Assembly (NCBI GenBank): GCA_041725895.1
Contig: JBGRQA010000005.1
Location: 141,134 to 205,133, forward strand
Origin: Marinifilaceae bacterium
Lineage (GTDB): Bacteria > Bacteroidota > Bacteroidia > Bacteroidales > Marinifilaceae
DNA: 64,000 nt
Direction: 5' to 3'
Part shown: positions 21,472 through 31,346 of the stretch, piece after piece
How the letters are laid out: each line of letters starts with the position of its first letter
Position numbering within the stretch: the stretch's first letter is position 1
Program-made: the position numbers and the translations under genes
Notes under the pieces: model-generated
What the model saw: only the letters and a program-made list of their open reading frames with translations
Databases searched by the model: none
What the model was told of the DNA's origin: nothing

Positions 21472-21897
21472 TTAATCAATCTCGGAAAGTAATGCTAATG
21501 ATTCGTTCTCCTTTTGGGTCATTATTTCCTGATCTTCATCGGTTTTATCATCAATCCCTAAAAGGTGCAAAACTCCATGGATAATTACACGATGCAATTC
21601 TTCATCGAAGGATACCTTGTAGTAATCCGCATTGTCTCGAATCGTATCCAGGCTAATAAACAAATCCCCTGAAATCACCTGATCCTGAACGTAATCAAAA
21701 GTAATAATGTCTGTGTAGTAATCGTGATTCAAATATTCCCGATTGATTTTTAACAAGTAATCATCGGAACAAAAGATGTAGTTGATCTCTCCAGTTTCAC
21801 AACCATTTAGAACAACAACGCGATTGATCCATCTGCGAATTCGCTCCTGATCAACCGCGGGCATTTCTATCTCCTCGGCATTAAAAAGTATTTCCAA
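21472..21897 (-). CDS. ybeY: rRNA maturation RNase YbeY
   Basis: Zinc motif HRVIIHGVLHLLGIDD (HxxxHxxxxxH). Confidence 0.92.
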   Translation of the reverse strand: MEILFNAEEIEMPAVDQERIRRWINRVVVLNGCETGEINYIFCSDDYLLKINREYLNHDYYTDIITFDYVQDQVISGDLFISLDTIRDNADYYKVSFDEELHRVIIHGVLHLLGIDDKTDEDQEIMTQKENESLALLSEID

Positions 21898-21898
21898 T

Positions 21899-22306
21899 CT
21901 ATTCCAATTTAAATTTCATTTCCACTAAAGCACCATTCTCATTAAACTCAATCCCATCAGCAAGGTGATTCATTAAAAAAATCCCTCGCCCGTGAGTTTT
22001 CTCAATATTCTCAGGCAAAGTAGGATCCGGTATGTTCTGGAAATCGAATCCGATTCCTTCATCCTCTACAGCGAAATTGATATAATCCTCCTCTATATTG
22101 TATTCTATTCTGACCTTTTTTGAAGTATCCAATTTATTACCATGTAAAATGGCGTTATTCACTGCTTCAATTATGGCAACAGAAATTTTCCCATAAATTT
22201 CAGAACTCAGATTATGGGTTACGGAGATTTCATCTATTAGCTTTTCTACTCGGCTAATATTTTCTAACTCGGATGGAAATTCTAACAATTTTTCACAATT
22301 AGTCAT
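21899..22306 (-). CDS. RsbW-like HATPase_c-only ATP-binding protein (anti-sigma-factor-kinase fold)
   Basis: N-box EAVNNAILHGN and G-box DEGIGF. It is 135 aa with no HisKA domain. Its start overlaps the upstream gene by 8 nt. Confidence 0.7.
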   Translation of the reverse strand: MTNCEKLLEFPSELENISRVEKLIDEISVTHNLSSEIYGKISVAIIEAVNNAILHGNKLDTSKKVRIEYNIEEDYINFAVEDEGIGFDFQNIPDPTLPENIEKTHGRGIFLMNHLADGIEFNENGALVEMKFKLE

Positions 22307-25300
22307 TATTCAACTTAATCATATAATCTAAATATAACTTATTGTAATAATCCAATAACTTAACATTAGATTGATAAAAATTATCGTTATAATTAATTCG
22401 TACTCTTTTATACTCAAATAACTCCTTAGGGTTACTTAATTTATAATTATTTCCTTCCCGACTCTCCCTTTTCTGCTCCATTCCTTTTTGTTTTTCAGCA
22501 TTTTCAGCTTCCAATAATCGAGTAAGAATTCGGTTCTGTCTGAAAAGTGTATTCGAATTTATAGAAAAATTTGCAATTTCTCTTTCTGTCTGGTCAATCA
22601 TTTTCATAACATCTTTTAAAATCATTTCGGTGCCATTAGAAACGCCCCCTTTTTGAAGCAATTCCTTCATCGACTTCCGAAACATTTCCTGATGTTTTAA
22701 CATTTTGGACAATCTTTGGTTTCGTCCGCTTTTTCCTCCCCCTTTCTTCATCTCCTGAATCATTTTCTGTAATTGATCTTTAAGAGATTGCTGTTGCTGC
22801 TTCATACCACTCAGAGAAGGCATTGGAGGGCCTTTCCGGTCTCCCATTTGGTCCCCTGGCATAGCATTGGCCATTTGATTCAGAAGATTCCTTAAAACTT
22901 CGGAAAGCAATACCGCCAGATCGTTGGTTTGGGTTAAAACCTCCTGTTGCTTCACCAGAGCACGATGCTTTTGCCTCTCCTGAAAAAAATCAAGAATTTC
23001 CTTCAAGTCAGATTCTATATCAAAAATATGGGGACCTAATGCCACTGCAATTTGAGGCGTTCGTGCAGAAAGCTGCAGCAGAGAATCCTGAAGTAATTTA
23101 TATTTCTCCTGCTGAAAAGATTGTTGCTGGTTGATTTCCTGGTACCGGGGATCACGATAGTCAACAACTTTCAACGCAGCTATCAAATCTTCCTGATCAA
23201 AGGAAAAATTTATCAGATTGGTCAACAAACGCATTAATGCATCAATATCCACTGATACTTGAGCGCTTACAGCTTTTTCCAGGGAAGAATTCAAACGAGA
23301 GGCAAGCTTTTTGATGTTTTGAGCCGTCTTTTTCATATTCCGTGAAGCTTTCTTCTCCTCCCTACTTTGCAACAATTCACGGGACTGATCCATCATTTTT
23401 TTGATCTCTCCGAAGTCCGGATTAAGATCATCCATTGAAAATGGTTGTTTCAGATCTTCGTTCCTCTCTATTAGCTTCTGGTAATCCTCCTGACTCTCTT
23501 TCAGTTGTTTTAGCTCCTCCTCCAAATTCTTTTTCTCATCACGATTTTTATCCATCACCGAATCGGACAACTCCTTATGCCTTTCGGACAATTGTTCAAG
23601 TCGATTGGCTAATTTTTTAAACTGCCCCTCCATCTCATGACGTTTAAGCAGTTCCAGATTCCTGTCCATTTGCCGGTTCAAATCACTAAAAGACAACTTT
23701 AGTTGCTCACTTAACTTATTCAGTTTTTCGGAATCAAAATCTTGTTGCAGCTGATTAAACTCCTCCATCAATTGCTGCATTTCTTCGTCCATTACTTTCG
23801 AAAGCAAATCCTCAATCTGCTTTTGCTTGTCCAGGAGAAGAGAATCCCTACTTCCAAAGGAATTTTCCAATTGATTTCGCTCCTGATTTTCCTTTCGAAT
23901 TTCATTCAGTAAATCTTCCAGTTGATTACGCTTTTCCTGAATCTCTTGGAACATTTGTTGTCGTTGCCATTCATCTCCCGGATTTTGTATTTGATTCTCT
24001 TGAAGTCTCAAAATATCTTTCTGTATAGATCGGCTCAACTCAACACTCTTCTCCATTTTTACATTTAAACTATCTTGAATGGTCTCCTCCAGATCGTAAA
24101 GTTGTTTGGCCGAAAAGCGAAGAAAATTGAGGCTTTGAGTTTTAGAACTTTTAGGACCATGGATACCATCATTATCCTTCACCTCAAAATAGTAGTGAAC
24201 TGTTGTGCCCTCCTTTATATCCAAACTGGCAAAGTCAAAAGCAAAATAGAATTCCTGTCCCTGCATATTTTTCCTGAATGGTATGGGTATGCTCTGCTCC
24301 TTACCGTGGTCTATGGAATACTTAAACCTCAAATCGCTGAAACCATAATCATCAGTAATTATACCTTTGTAATAGAAAGCAGTTGGTCGCAAACTATCAG
24401 GCATTGTAACAATTTTTATCTCCGGATATTGATCGCGAATTACATTCAGGTGATACTTTACCAATTTATATCTATTGAAACGGGAATTACTGATCAAAAT
24501 CTGATAGTTCGAAGAATTCTGCACCACATAGCGTACATCAAAAACACCCAATTTGTTGTCAGCCTGGATTAATGTATCCGGTTGCTCAAAGCAGATGGCC
24601 AAACTATCTAATTCCTGAGCCTTAAAATACCATGTTAAATCAGATCCCAGAGGAATGGATAAATCACCCAAATTTCTTTCCAAAAGTGGTTTCTGTCCAG
24701 TATATGCCGGGGGCTTAATCTTTACGGTGAACTCGTTAATAGAGGGTAAATTGATAACGGTTATTGTCTGTGTTTTAGATCGGAACTTTCCGGTTTGAAA
24801 ATAGAAGTCAACAGAATTATTCAAACTCCGAAAGGTATAGGTAAAGTGATTGCCCTGGGAGCTATTCATCAGGAAGCGGGTATCCCCATAGCAACAATAA
24901 ACTTCATCGGGGATATAATCTCCCATTAGTTCCATATTTAAAACGAAATCACCTCCTTTTTCCACCTCCAGCGAATCGTTTTGCAATTGAAAAACAAAGG
25001 GGACTGGTACATCAAACTTCTTTCTGTAATGAATCAATCTTTCTCCACTGCTGGTAAAAATACCAGGTTTAAGAAAGAAAATCAGAACCAATAGCAAGAG
25101 AGGAGGAATTAGGTATTTCAAATATTTTCGATTATCTCGAAAATTTATTGCATTCTGAAACGGCAAAAGCTGAATCTTATCAACACGTTGATTAATACTG
25201 GCTATTATAAGATCTGCTGTTTCATTGGAAAGCCGGGCTTTTTCCCCTAGCTCCAATGTATTAAGTAGTTGATCATTTAAATGAGGAAAATGATTCGAAA

Positions 25301-25592
25301 TAATTTCTGCAGCCTGTTTATGAGAGATAGTAGAAGTAAGCCGAAACAGTTTCAACAAAGGGATCAACATCAAGAAAATAATCACACCTAAGAATAAACC
25401 TGCGCCCAGAAAAAACAGTACAGTACGTATCGAAACGGAGAAGTAGATTTTATACTCAGTAAAGGTAACCAGCAAAAAATAGGAGATAAGAATAGCAGCA
25501 CCCAATAAAAATCCTTTGATTATTTGATTTTTATAGTACCTCCGGATAAAACGATCCAGTTTTTGTAAGAGTATATCGTAACGACTTTCCAT
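22299..25592 (-). CDS. large membrane-anchored coiled-coil protein (DUF4175-like)
   Basis: Three or four N-terminal TM helices, a beta-rich middle region, and a very long E/K/Q-rich coiled-coil C-terminal half. The family name is from memory. Confidence 0.55.
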   Translation of the reverse strand: MESRYDILLQKLDRFIRRYYKNQIIKGFLLGAAILISYFLLVTFTEYKIYFSVSIRTVLFFLGAGLFLGVIIFLMLIPLLKLFRLTSTISHKQAAEIISNHFPHLNDQLLNTLELGEKARLSNETADLIIASINQRVDKIQLLPFQNAINFRDNRKYLKYLIPPLLLLVLIFFLKPGIFTSSGERLIHYRKKFDVPVPFVFQLQNDSLEVEKGGDFVLNMELMGDYIPDEVYCCYGDTRFLMNSSQGNHFTYTFRSLNNSVDFYFQTGKFRSKTQTITVINLPSINEFTVKIKPPAYTGQKPLLERNLGDLSIPLGSDLTWYFKAQELDSLAICFEQPDTLIQADNKLGVFDVRYVVQNSSNYQILISNSRFNRYKLVKYHLNVIRDQYPEIKIVTMPDSLRPTAFYYKGIITDDYGFSDLRFKYSIDHGKEQSIPIPFRKNMQGQEFYFAFDFASLDIKEGTTVHYYFEVKDNDGIHGPKSSKTQSLNFLRFSAKQLYDLEETIQDSLNVKMEKSVELSRSIQKDILRLQENQIQNPGDEWQRQQMFQEIQEKRNQLEDLLNEIRKENQERNQLENSFGSRDSLLLDKQKQIEDLLSKVMDEEMQQLMEEFNQLQQDFDSEKLNKLSEQLKLSFSDLNRQMDRNLELLKRHEMEGQFKKLANRLEQLSERHKELSDSVMDKNRDEKKNLEEELKQLKESQEDYQKLIERNEDLKQPFSMDDLNPDFGEIKKMMDQSRELLQSREEKKASRNMKKTAQNIKKLASRLNSSLEKAVSAQVSVDIDALMRLLTNLINFSFDQEDLIAALKVVDYRDPRYQEINQQQSFQQEKYKLLQDSLLQLSARTPQIAVALGPHIFDIESDLKEILDFFQERQKHRALVKQQEVLTQTNDLAVLLSEVLRNLLNQMANAMPGDQMGDRKGPPMPSLSGMKQQQQSLKDQLQKMIQEMKKGGGKSGRNQRLSKMLKHQEMFRKSMKELLQKGGVSNGTEMILKDVMKMIDQTEREIANFSINSNTLFRQNRILTRLLEAENAEKQKGMEQKRESREGNNYKLSNPKELFEYKRVRINYNDNFYQSNVKLLDYYNKLYLDYMIKLNND

Positions 25593-25614
25593 ACCAAAAG
25601 GATACGTACTACCA

Positions 25615-26841
25615 TTAATTATGAGTTAACCATTTTGCCGGATTCAGTTTCGTACTCCCCTTCCACAATTGGAATTTTAATACAGTTTCTCCTTTACTAT
25701 TGTTGGTATAAACAGTTCCAATTTTTTGCTTTGCAGCAACCTGCTCTCCCTTTTTTATTGTAACTGCTGTAAGATTAGAATATACTGAAAAAAACTCACC
25801 ATGCCGAATAATAACTACCGTATTTAAACCGGGCATAGGAAGGATATGAGTTACAGTTCCCTGAAAAACAGAAAGACAAGCCGAATGTGGTTCCGTTGTA
25901 ATATTTATTCCATCATTTCGAACCTTAACATGCTTCAATATAGGATGGGGATGCTCTCCAAAATATTCTGAAATAAAACCCGTTCGTGTGGGCCAGGGCA
26001 AGGTCCCCTTGTTTTTTCCAAAACTGTCAGAAACTAATTTCTCCTCCGGAGTAAGCGAAAATTTGCCGGAGCCAGCCTTCTTTTTGGCCGCCAATTCGGC
26101 TTCACGTTTAATAATTTTCTGGATAGATTTTTGAAGCCGTTTCGCCACTTTTTGCTGGTTAGCCAACTCTTTGCGTAACTTTCGCTCTTTTTTCTGCAAT
26201 TGAGTAATAACCTTTGTATGTTGGTTCTTCTCCTGGCTCAGCTGAAGAGTTTCCTCTGTTTTTTGAGACAGCAGGTCTTTCTTCTCCTGCCTGCTATTAT
26301 TAAGAAGTTTCAACTTACCATTCAGGGAATCCCTGGTCGCTATAATCTCCTTACCTTGAAGGGTGGTAAAATTAGAGTACTGCTGAAGATATTTTAGTCT
26401 GCGGTAAGCTTGGTTAAAATCTTTTGAGGAGAAAATAAACATTAATTTCTCGTACGAATTGCGATGCTTGTTCGCATAGTATATGCATTTGGCATAGTGC
26501 TTTTTTAATTTGGCCAAATAAGCTTCATGACTCGAAATCTCCTTTCTTGTATTTAAAATTCGGGAGTCAACTGCTGCAATTTCACGTTCGATTGAATTAA
26601 TAAGACCTTCCCGTGATTTTATTTTTTGCTTCAGAAGAATTAAGCGACTAAGATTAAATTCGTGGTTTTTAAGAGTGTTTTTAAGAAGACTGTTGGTGTA
26701 AGCAATATCTTTTTCATTTTGTGCTTTTTGTTTCCGTAAAGCAGATAAATTGGTTTGAGCACTCCCAATGAAACCACTAATAAAGAGCAAATAAAAGGCA
26801 AACGAAAACGCTATCAAAAATCTTCTTCCAAATCCTGGCAT
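25615..26841 (-). CDS. EnvC-like murein hydrolase activator (coiled coil plus degenerate LytM/M23 domain)
   Basis: Signal peptide, long coiled coil and a C-terminal LytM fold. The metal ligands appear substituted: NDGINI for HxGxD, YSNL for YxHL, VLKFQ for HLHFE. Confidence 0.75.
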   Translation of the reverse strand: MPGFGRRFLIAFSFAFYLLFISGFIGSAQTNLSALRKQKAQNEKDIAYTNSLLKNTLKNHEFNLSRLILLKQKIKSREGLINSIEREIAAVDSRILNTRKEISSHEAYLAKLKKHYAKCIYYANKHRNSYEKLMFIFSSKDFNQAYRRLKYLQQYSNFTTLQGKEIIATRDSLNGKLKLLNNSRQEKKDLLSQKTEETLQLSQEKNQHTKVITQLQKKERKLRKELANQQKVAKRLQKSIQKIIKREAELAAKKKAGSGKFSLTPEEKLVSDSFGKNKGTLPWPTRTGFISEYFGEHPHPILKHVKVRNDGINITTEPHSACLSVFQGTVTHILPMPGLNTVVIIRHGEFFSVYSNLTAVTIKKGEQVAAKQKIGTVYTNNSKGETVLKFQLWKGSTKLNPAKWLTHN

Positions 26842-26847
26842 ATTACA

Positions 26848-27705
26848 CTAATCAATCTTTTTAAACTTACTAGATATTCTAAAAGAGTATTTTAACTTTT
26901 GATCGTAAATGATCTTGTTAAATTTAATTTTACAAGATAGTAAATGTTTCGCATCCCGAACATCAAATTGAAGTTGTTGAGGGAATTTCTGCTCATCAAA
27001 ATCTTTAAAATCAGAATATTTAATGAGAAGACTTCTCGGCTCATCAAATTGTCGAACGAATACATCGGTTATTCTGTATATCGAAGGATCAATTTCGAAG
27101 CGTTGATAGTTAATATGATTGAGTTTCTTCGTTTTATCCTTTTTAATTTTCCGGTTTATTTTGGAAGCACGTGAAGAGATAAAAACATATTTATTATCCA
27201 CAACCTTTCCCTTGAAATTCCTGATAAAGGAACGATTATCCTCTTTACAATATTCAAATACAGAGTTCGTTAAAACACTTTGAATGGTCTCAAAATCAAG
27301 ATCAATTTTTAAGGCTTCATTAAGATACTCAAAATCCCCTACAAAATACTCCTTCTTCAACCGATTGATAAATTTTACCGAATCAGGCGTGATCAGTACT
27401 CTGGCAACCTCACCAACGATAGGAGCACTCATCTGTATCCAGATGATACTGTCCTTTTGGATTTTCATGGATCCTTTAAAACTCTTCTTCAGGCCATCAA
27501 TGGAATAGTTTGCACTAAATCTCTTTACATAGAGCGTGTTGTAATCCAAACTATTGTCCACCAAACGATGGTACAATTTATTATCACTAATAGGTTTAGC
27601 AAGGGTAGTTCCTAATTCATAACCGGGCTTACAAGAGAATTGAAGAAGGGCGATAAAAATAATCGCCCCACTTATCATTATTTTTCGAAAGTGTTTACTT
27701 ATCAT
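26848..27705 (-). CDS. DUF4292-like lipoprotein
   Basis: Lipobox LLQFSC. It occupies the conserved position between the TPR protein and the M23 protein seen in Bacteroidota. Confidence 0.6.
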   Translation of the reverse strand: MISKHFRKIMISGAIIFIALLQFSCKPGYELGTTLAKPISDNKLYHRLVDNSLDYNTLYVKRFSANYSIDGLKKSFKGSMKIQKDSIIWIQMSAPIVGEVARVLITPDSVKFINRLKKEYFVGDFEYLNEALKIDLDFETIQSVLTNSVFEYCKEDNRSFIRNFKGKVVDNKYVFISSRASKINRKIKKDKTKKLNHINYQRFEIDPSIYRITDVFVRQFDEPRSLLIKYSDFKDFDEQKFPQQLQFDVRDAKHLLSCKIKFNKIIYDQKLKYSFRISSKFKKID

Positions 27706-29482
27706 TTTTCTTATCTACTTCAGGAATAGTCCCGGTTTTTACTTTTTCAGCTAAGGATTGTGAATCGCTTCCCATTCCTTCCGCTTTTTTCCATTCTTCC
27801 AAAGCTTTGTCCTTTTCACCTAACTGGAACAGAATATCTCCATAATGCTCAACAATAACAGCAGACTCCCGTCCTCCATTGCTGAGAGCTCTTTCCATTA
27901 TTCTTTTTGCTTCAGAAAAACGTCCGCGTTGATACAAAACCCAGGCATGAGTATCCAGGTAAGTAGAATTGGTTCCTTCCATCTCAACGCAACGAGAACT
28001 CATTTCTTCTGCTTTCTTTAAATTCTCTCCGTGCAAGGAAAGATAGTAACTGTAATTGTTCAGTACCATTACATTGTCGGGATCAAAAAGCAAAACCTCC
28101 TCAAAGGCTTCGTAGGCTTTTTCTGAATCACCCATTTGAAAATAGGCTTCCCCTAAATAGGACAGGAATTGAACTCTCATTGGAATATTGTCTCCAATGT
28201 AATCAATGCCAGCCTTTAGACTATGTGCTGCTTCTTTGTATTTTTTCAACTGTAGGGCAGCTACACCATTAAACATGTACAAAAGAGGCTGTCCGGGAAA
28301 ATATTTCAAGGCTTCGTTGCTTTCGGTATACATTTTTTCAAAATCAAGCAACTCATTCTCTATAAGTAATAGTTCCTCCCAAACCACATAGTTCCCCTTT
28401 TCCTGCTCAAGTACTTTCCACAAATGCTTTCGTGCTCCTTCATTATCCTTCGATTTTCGCAGAAAATCAGCATACAAAGCATGTACTCGAGCATTCTGAT
28501 CATGCATTTCAACCAAAATATCCAATAAACTTTTTATCTGGTCATCGGTTAGTGTAGCTTTGCCAGATTGCATAAGCGAAGAAATCAGGTATTGAATTTT
28601 TTGATCAACCTCTACACCTGAATTTTTAAAAGCTATTTGAATCTCTTCGTAAAAAAGATCCATGTCCCCTTTTTTGTAGTAGTATTGAGACAAATAAAAA
28701 TGAACCAAGCCGTTTTGAGGATCCAATTTTAAAATCTTCTCATACAATTTAAAGGCTTTATCGTCCTGGCCATCCTCAAGATACAAATCCGCCAACAAAC
28801 CATATAATTCGGCCTTACGGGGAAACTCCCGAATTAGTTTTTGCAGTTCATTGTAGGCTAACTTCCGTTTGCCCATGGCGATGTACAGTCCCTCCTTTTC
28901 GAGAGAAACAGCTTCAGTAATACCGATTTTCTTTTCTAAACGGTTGTATACTTCAATTGCTTCCTCTCTTTTCTCGATGGAAGCATAGAGTGCAGCCTGG
29001 AAATAATAAAAATCGTTACGATCAGGGAAGTATTCAATCAATTGGTCGTACACATCACAAGCATGATCAATCATCCCCTTCTTCTGATAGATTTTGGCGA
29101 GTTGTATTTGGTACCATAGATTTTTGGGCTGAAGAGCTACAGCATTTCTGGCAAGCTCCAAAGCGCTGTTGAAATTCTCCTGGGCCATATAGATATTGGC
29201 CAGCTCATATCGAACAACAGCACTGTTAGGATCTATTTTCAAGCAAGTTGCATACCAGGAAATTGCCTTCTTAATATCTCCCAATATCCTTGTTTTCTCA
29301 GCCTCTGCAAAAGCATAATCAAATTCGAGCTGTTGCTGCTCGGTAAGCTTAATTTGCTTACGATCTTTCTGCTCCTTCTTCTGAGGTGCTATTCCCAATT
29401 CTGCCTTACAGTCAGGCTGACCAATCAACAAACCGGCCCCGAGTAATGCAACCCAACAAATATTATTTCCAAGCTTCATCAA
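27695..29482 (-). CDS. tetratricopeptide repeat protein (secreted)
   Basis: Signal peptide, then repeated 34-aa TPR-like units (A..Y......P.N... pattern) throughout. Confidence 0.8.
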   Translation of the reverse strand: MMKLGNNICWVALLGAGLLIGQPDCKAELGIAPQKKEQKDRKQIKLTEQQQLEFDYAFAEAEKTRILGDIKKAISWYATCLKIDPNSAVVRYELANIYMAQENFNSALELARNAVALQPKNLWYQIQLAKIYQKKGMIDHACDVYDQLIEYFPDRNDFYYFQAALYASIEKREEAIEVYNRLEKKIGITEAVSLEKEGLYIAMGKRKLAYNELQKLIREFPRKAELYGLLADLYLEDGQDDKAFKLYEKILKLDPQNGLVHFYLSQYYYKKGDMDLFYEEIQIAFKNSGVEVDQKIQYLISSLMQSGKATLTDDQIKSLLDILVEMHDQNARVHALYADFLRKSKDNEGARKHLWKVLEQEKGNYVVWEELLLIENELLDFEKMYTESNEALKYFPGQPLLYMFNGVAALQLKKYKEAAHSLKAGIDYIGDNIPMRVQFLSYLGEAYFQMGDSEKAYEAFEEVLLFDPDNVMVLNNYSYYLSLHGENLKKAEEMSSRCVEMEGTNSTYLDTHAWVLYQRGRFSEAKRIMERALSNGGRESAVIVEHYGDILFQLGEKDKALEEWKKAEGMGSDSQSLAEKVKTGTIPEVDKKNDK

Positions 29483-29485
29483 CTA

Positions 29486-30490
29486 TTATTTTGAAAGCGT
29501 CGCAAAATCCCCAACACTCAATTCCGTAACGTCCCCAACAATGTCAACATGATTTCCAATCATTGAATTCTCCACATTTAGGTTCTCGATTTTAGAATTG
29601 CGTTGAATAATTGTATTGCGAACTAATGAATTATTCACTACCGTATTGGCCCCAACAGATACATGCGGTCCAATAACAGAATTCTCAATTCTTACATTTT
29701 TTCCAATGTAACAGGGGGGAATAATAACAGAGTTTATATTTTGAGAACTGGGGCAAACTAGCTCATCGTCTTTATGATATTCGAGGATACGTTGATTCGT
29801 GTGAACAGTTGCATCTTTGTTCCCGCAATCCATCCATTCCTTCACCTGTCCTGGCTTGAATTTCAACCCCTTGTTTTTCATGTTTTCAAGGGCATCAGTC
29901 AGCTGATACTCTCCATTTACAACCACTTTGTTATCGAGAAGATATTTTAATTCGGACTTAAGGTTAGAGCCATTTTTAAAATAGTAAATCCCAATAATGG
30001 CAAGGTCAGATACAAAATCCTTTGGCTTTTCAACAAAATCGGTAATCTCTCCCTCTCCATTAAGCTTAACAACACCAAAAGCAGATGGATCATCAACTTG
30101 TTGAACCCAGATAACACTATCCGACTCATCATCCAATTTGAAATCAGCTTTAAAAAGAGTATCTGCGAAAGCAACAACTACTTTACCATCCAGGGATGGT
30201 TCCGCACAATAAATTGCATGACCAGTTCCCAATGCTTCATGCTGGTAATAGATGCTAGCTTTTGCTCCCAAATTTGCTGCAATCTCTTTCAAATTATTTT
30301 CAACGGCTTCACCAAAATCACCAATAATAAAAGCAATTTCCTCTACTGCTTCTTTCGATACCTTGGCAATTTCTTCAACTAATCGCTGAACAATTGGTTT
30401 TCCCGCAATTGGTATTAATGGTTTTGGCACTGTTAGGGTATGAGGACGCATTCTTTTTCCCATACCTGCCATTGGTACTATAATTTTCAT
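29486..30490 (-). CDS. sugar-phosphate nucleotidyltransferase with C-terminal hexapeptide-repeat domain
   Basis: N-terminal VPMAGMGKRMRP...KPLIPIAGKP motif (GxGxR) and C-terminal left-handed beta-helix repeats (IGxxVxI). Confidence 0.8.
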   Translation of the reverse strand: MKIIVPMAGMGKRMRPHTLTVPKPLIPIAGKPIVQRLVEEIAKVSKEAVEEIAFIIGDFGEAVENNLKEIAANLGAKASIYYQHEALGTGHAIYCAEPSLDGKVVVAFADTLFKADFKLDDESDSVIWVQQVDDPSAFGVVKLNGEGEITDFVEKPKDFVSDLAIIGIYYFKNGSNLKSELKYLLDNKVVVNGEYQLTDALENMKNKGLKFKPGQVKEWMDCGNKDATVHTNQRILEYHKDDELVCPSSQNINSVIIPPCYIGKNVRIENSVIGPHVSVGANTVVNNSLVRNTIIQRNSKIENLNVENSMIGNHVDIVGDVTELSVGDFATLSK

Positions 30491-30682
30491 TTGTTTTCAG
30501 ATTTTTGCAGTTGATATAATACTTTTCCCTAAATTTTCAGTAGTATCGCAAAATTACCTGCCAGGAAAGCGATCTTATATCCTCTGTTTTATTGTAGTAG
30601 TAATAATCTATAGTTCCTGTAATAACAATCAAAAGTAAGTAAAAGCACTTACAATTGATTGAAATTAATATTTTTTAACGCA

Positions 30683-31117
30683 TCAGCCTTTCCCTGTGTG
30701 GCCGAAACCGCCTGCTCCCCTATCTGAAGTAGCTAATTCTTCTACAGGTTCCCATTGAACCGTTTCGTGAGCAGCAACAACCATCTGACAAATACGATCT
30801 CCATCCTTTATCTCAACAATATTATTGGAAAGATTGGCAAGAATCACACCAATTTCGCCACGGTAATCCGCATCGATTGTTCCGGGAGAATTCAATACAG
30901 ACAAACCTTCTTTCAAGGCCAATCCACTTCTTGGACGAATCTGTGCTTCATAGCCCTGAGGCAATTCTATAAACAACCCTGTAGGTATTAATTTTCGCTC
31001 AAGAGGTTGTAGAAAAACGGGTTCCTTTATATTGGCACGGATATCCATTCCAGCCGACAAAGCTGTACTGTACTCTGGTAAGTCGTGTTTCGACTTGTTC
31101 ACAATTTTAACCTTCAT
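30683..31117 (-). CDS. dut: dUTP diphosphatase
   Basis: Motifs [20 protein letters not shown] and a C-terminal GGFGHTG. Confidence 0.95.
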   Translation of the reverse strand: MKVKIVNKSKHDLPEYSTALSAGMDIRANIKEPVFLQPLERKLIPTGLFIELPQGYEAQIRPRSGLALKEGLSVLNSPGTIDADYRGEIGVILANLSNNIVEIKDGDRICQMVVAAHETVQWEPVEELATSDRGAGGFGHTGKG

Positions 31118-31346
31118 TTCTAAAGTTATTTTAAATCAGACTTGCTAAGATACACTTTTACAAACACAATAAAAAAACAGGTGTACACAGTAAAAGCTCA
31201 TCAACAAGTCTTTGTATTTCACATCAAAACAATTATTTAATTCTTTATCTTTTAATTTTTACAGAGAATTAGCTCTGAAACAATTCAATTCCGTCCCCTT
31301 ATTCAACTCGAAACAAACGGATAACTTACATCTCATAAACTGGATA

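Noticed and set aside
24075-24572. A 165-aa plus-strand ORF inside the DUF4175-like gene. Similar antisense ORFs occur at 46570-47055, 45613-46005, 35750-36154, 39602-39988, 42873-43244 and 60960-61349.
   Set aside because: All lie entirely antisense to long, well-supported genes. They have biased, low-complexity translations typical of shadow ORFs in AT-rich DNA.
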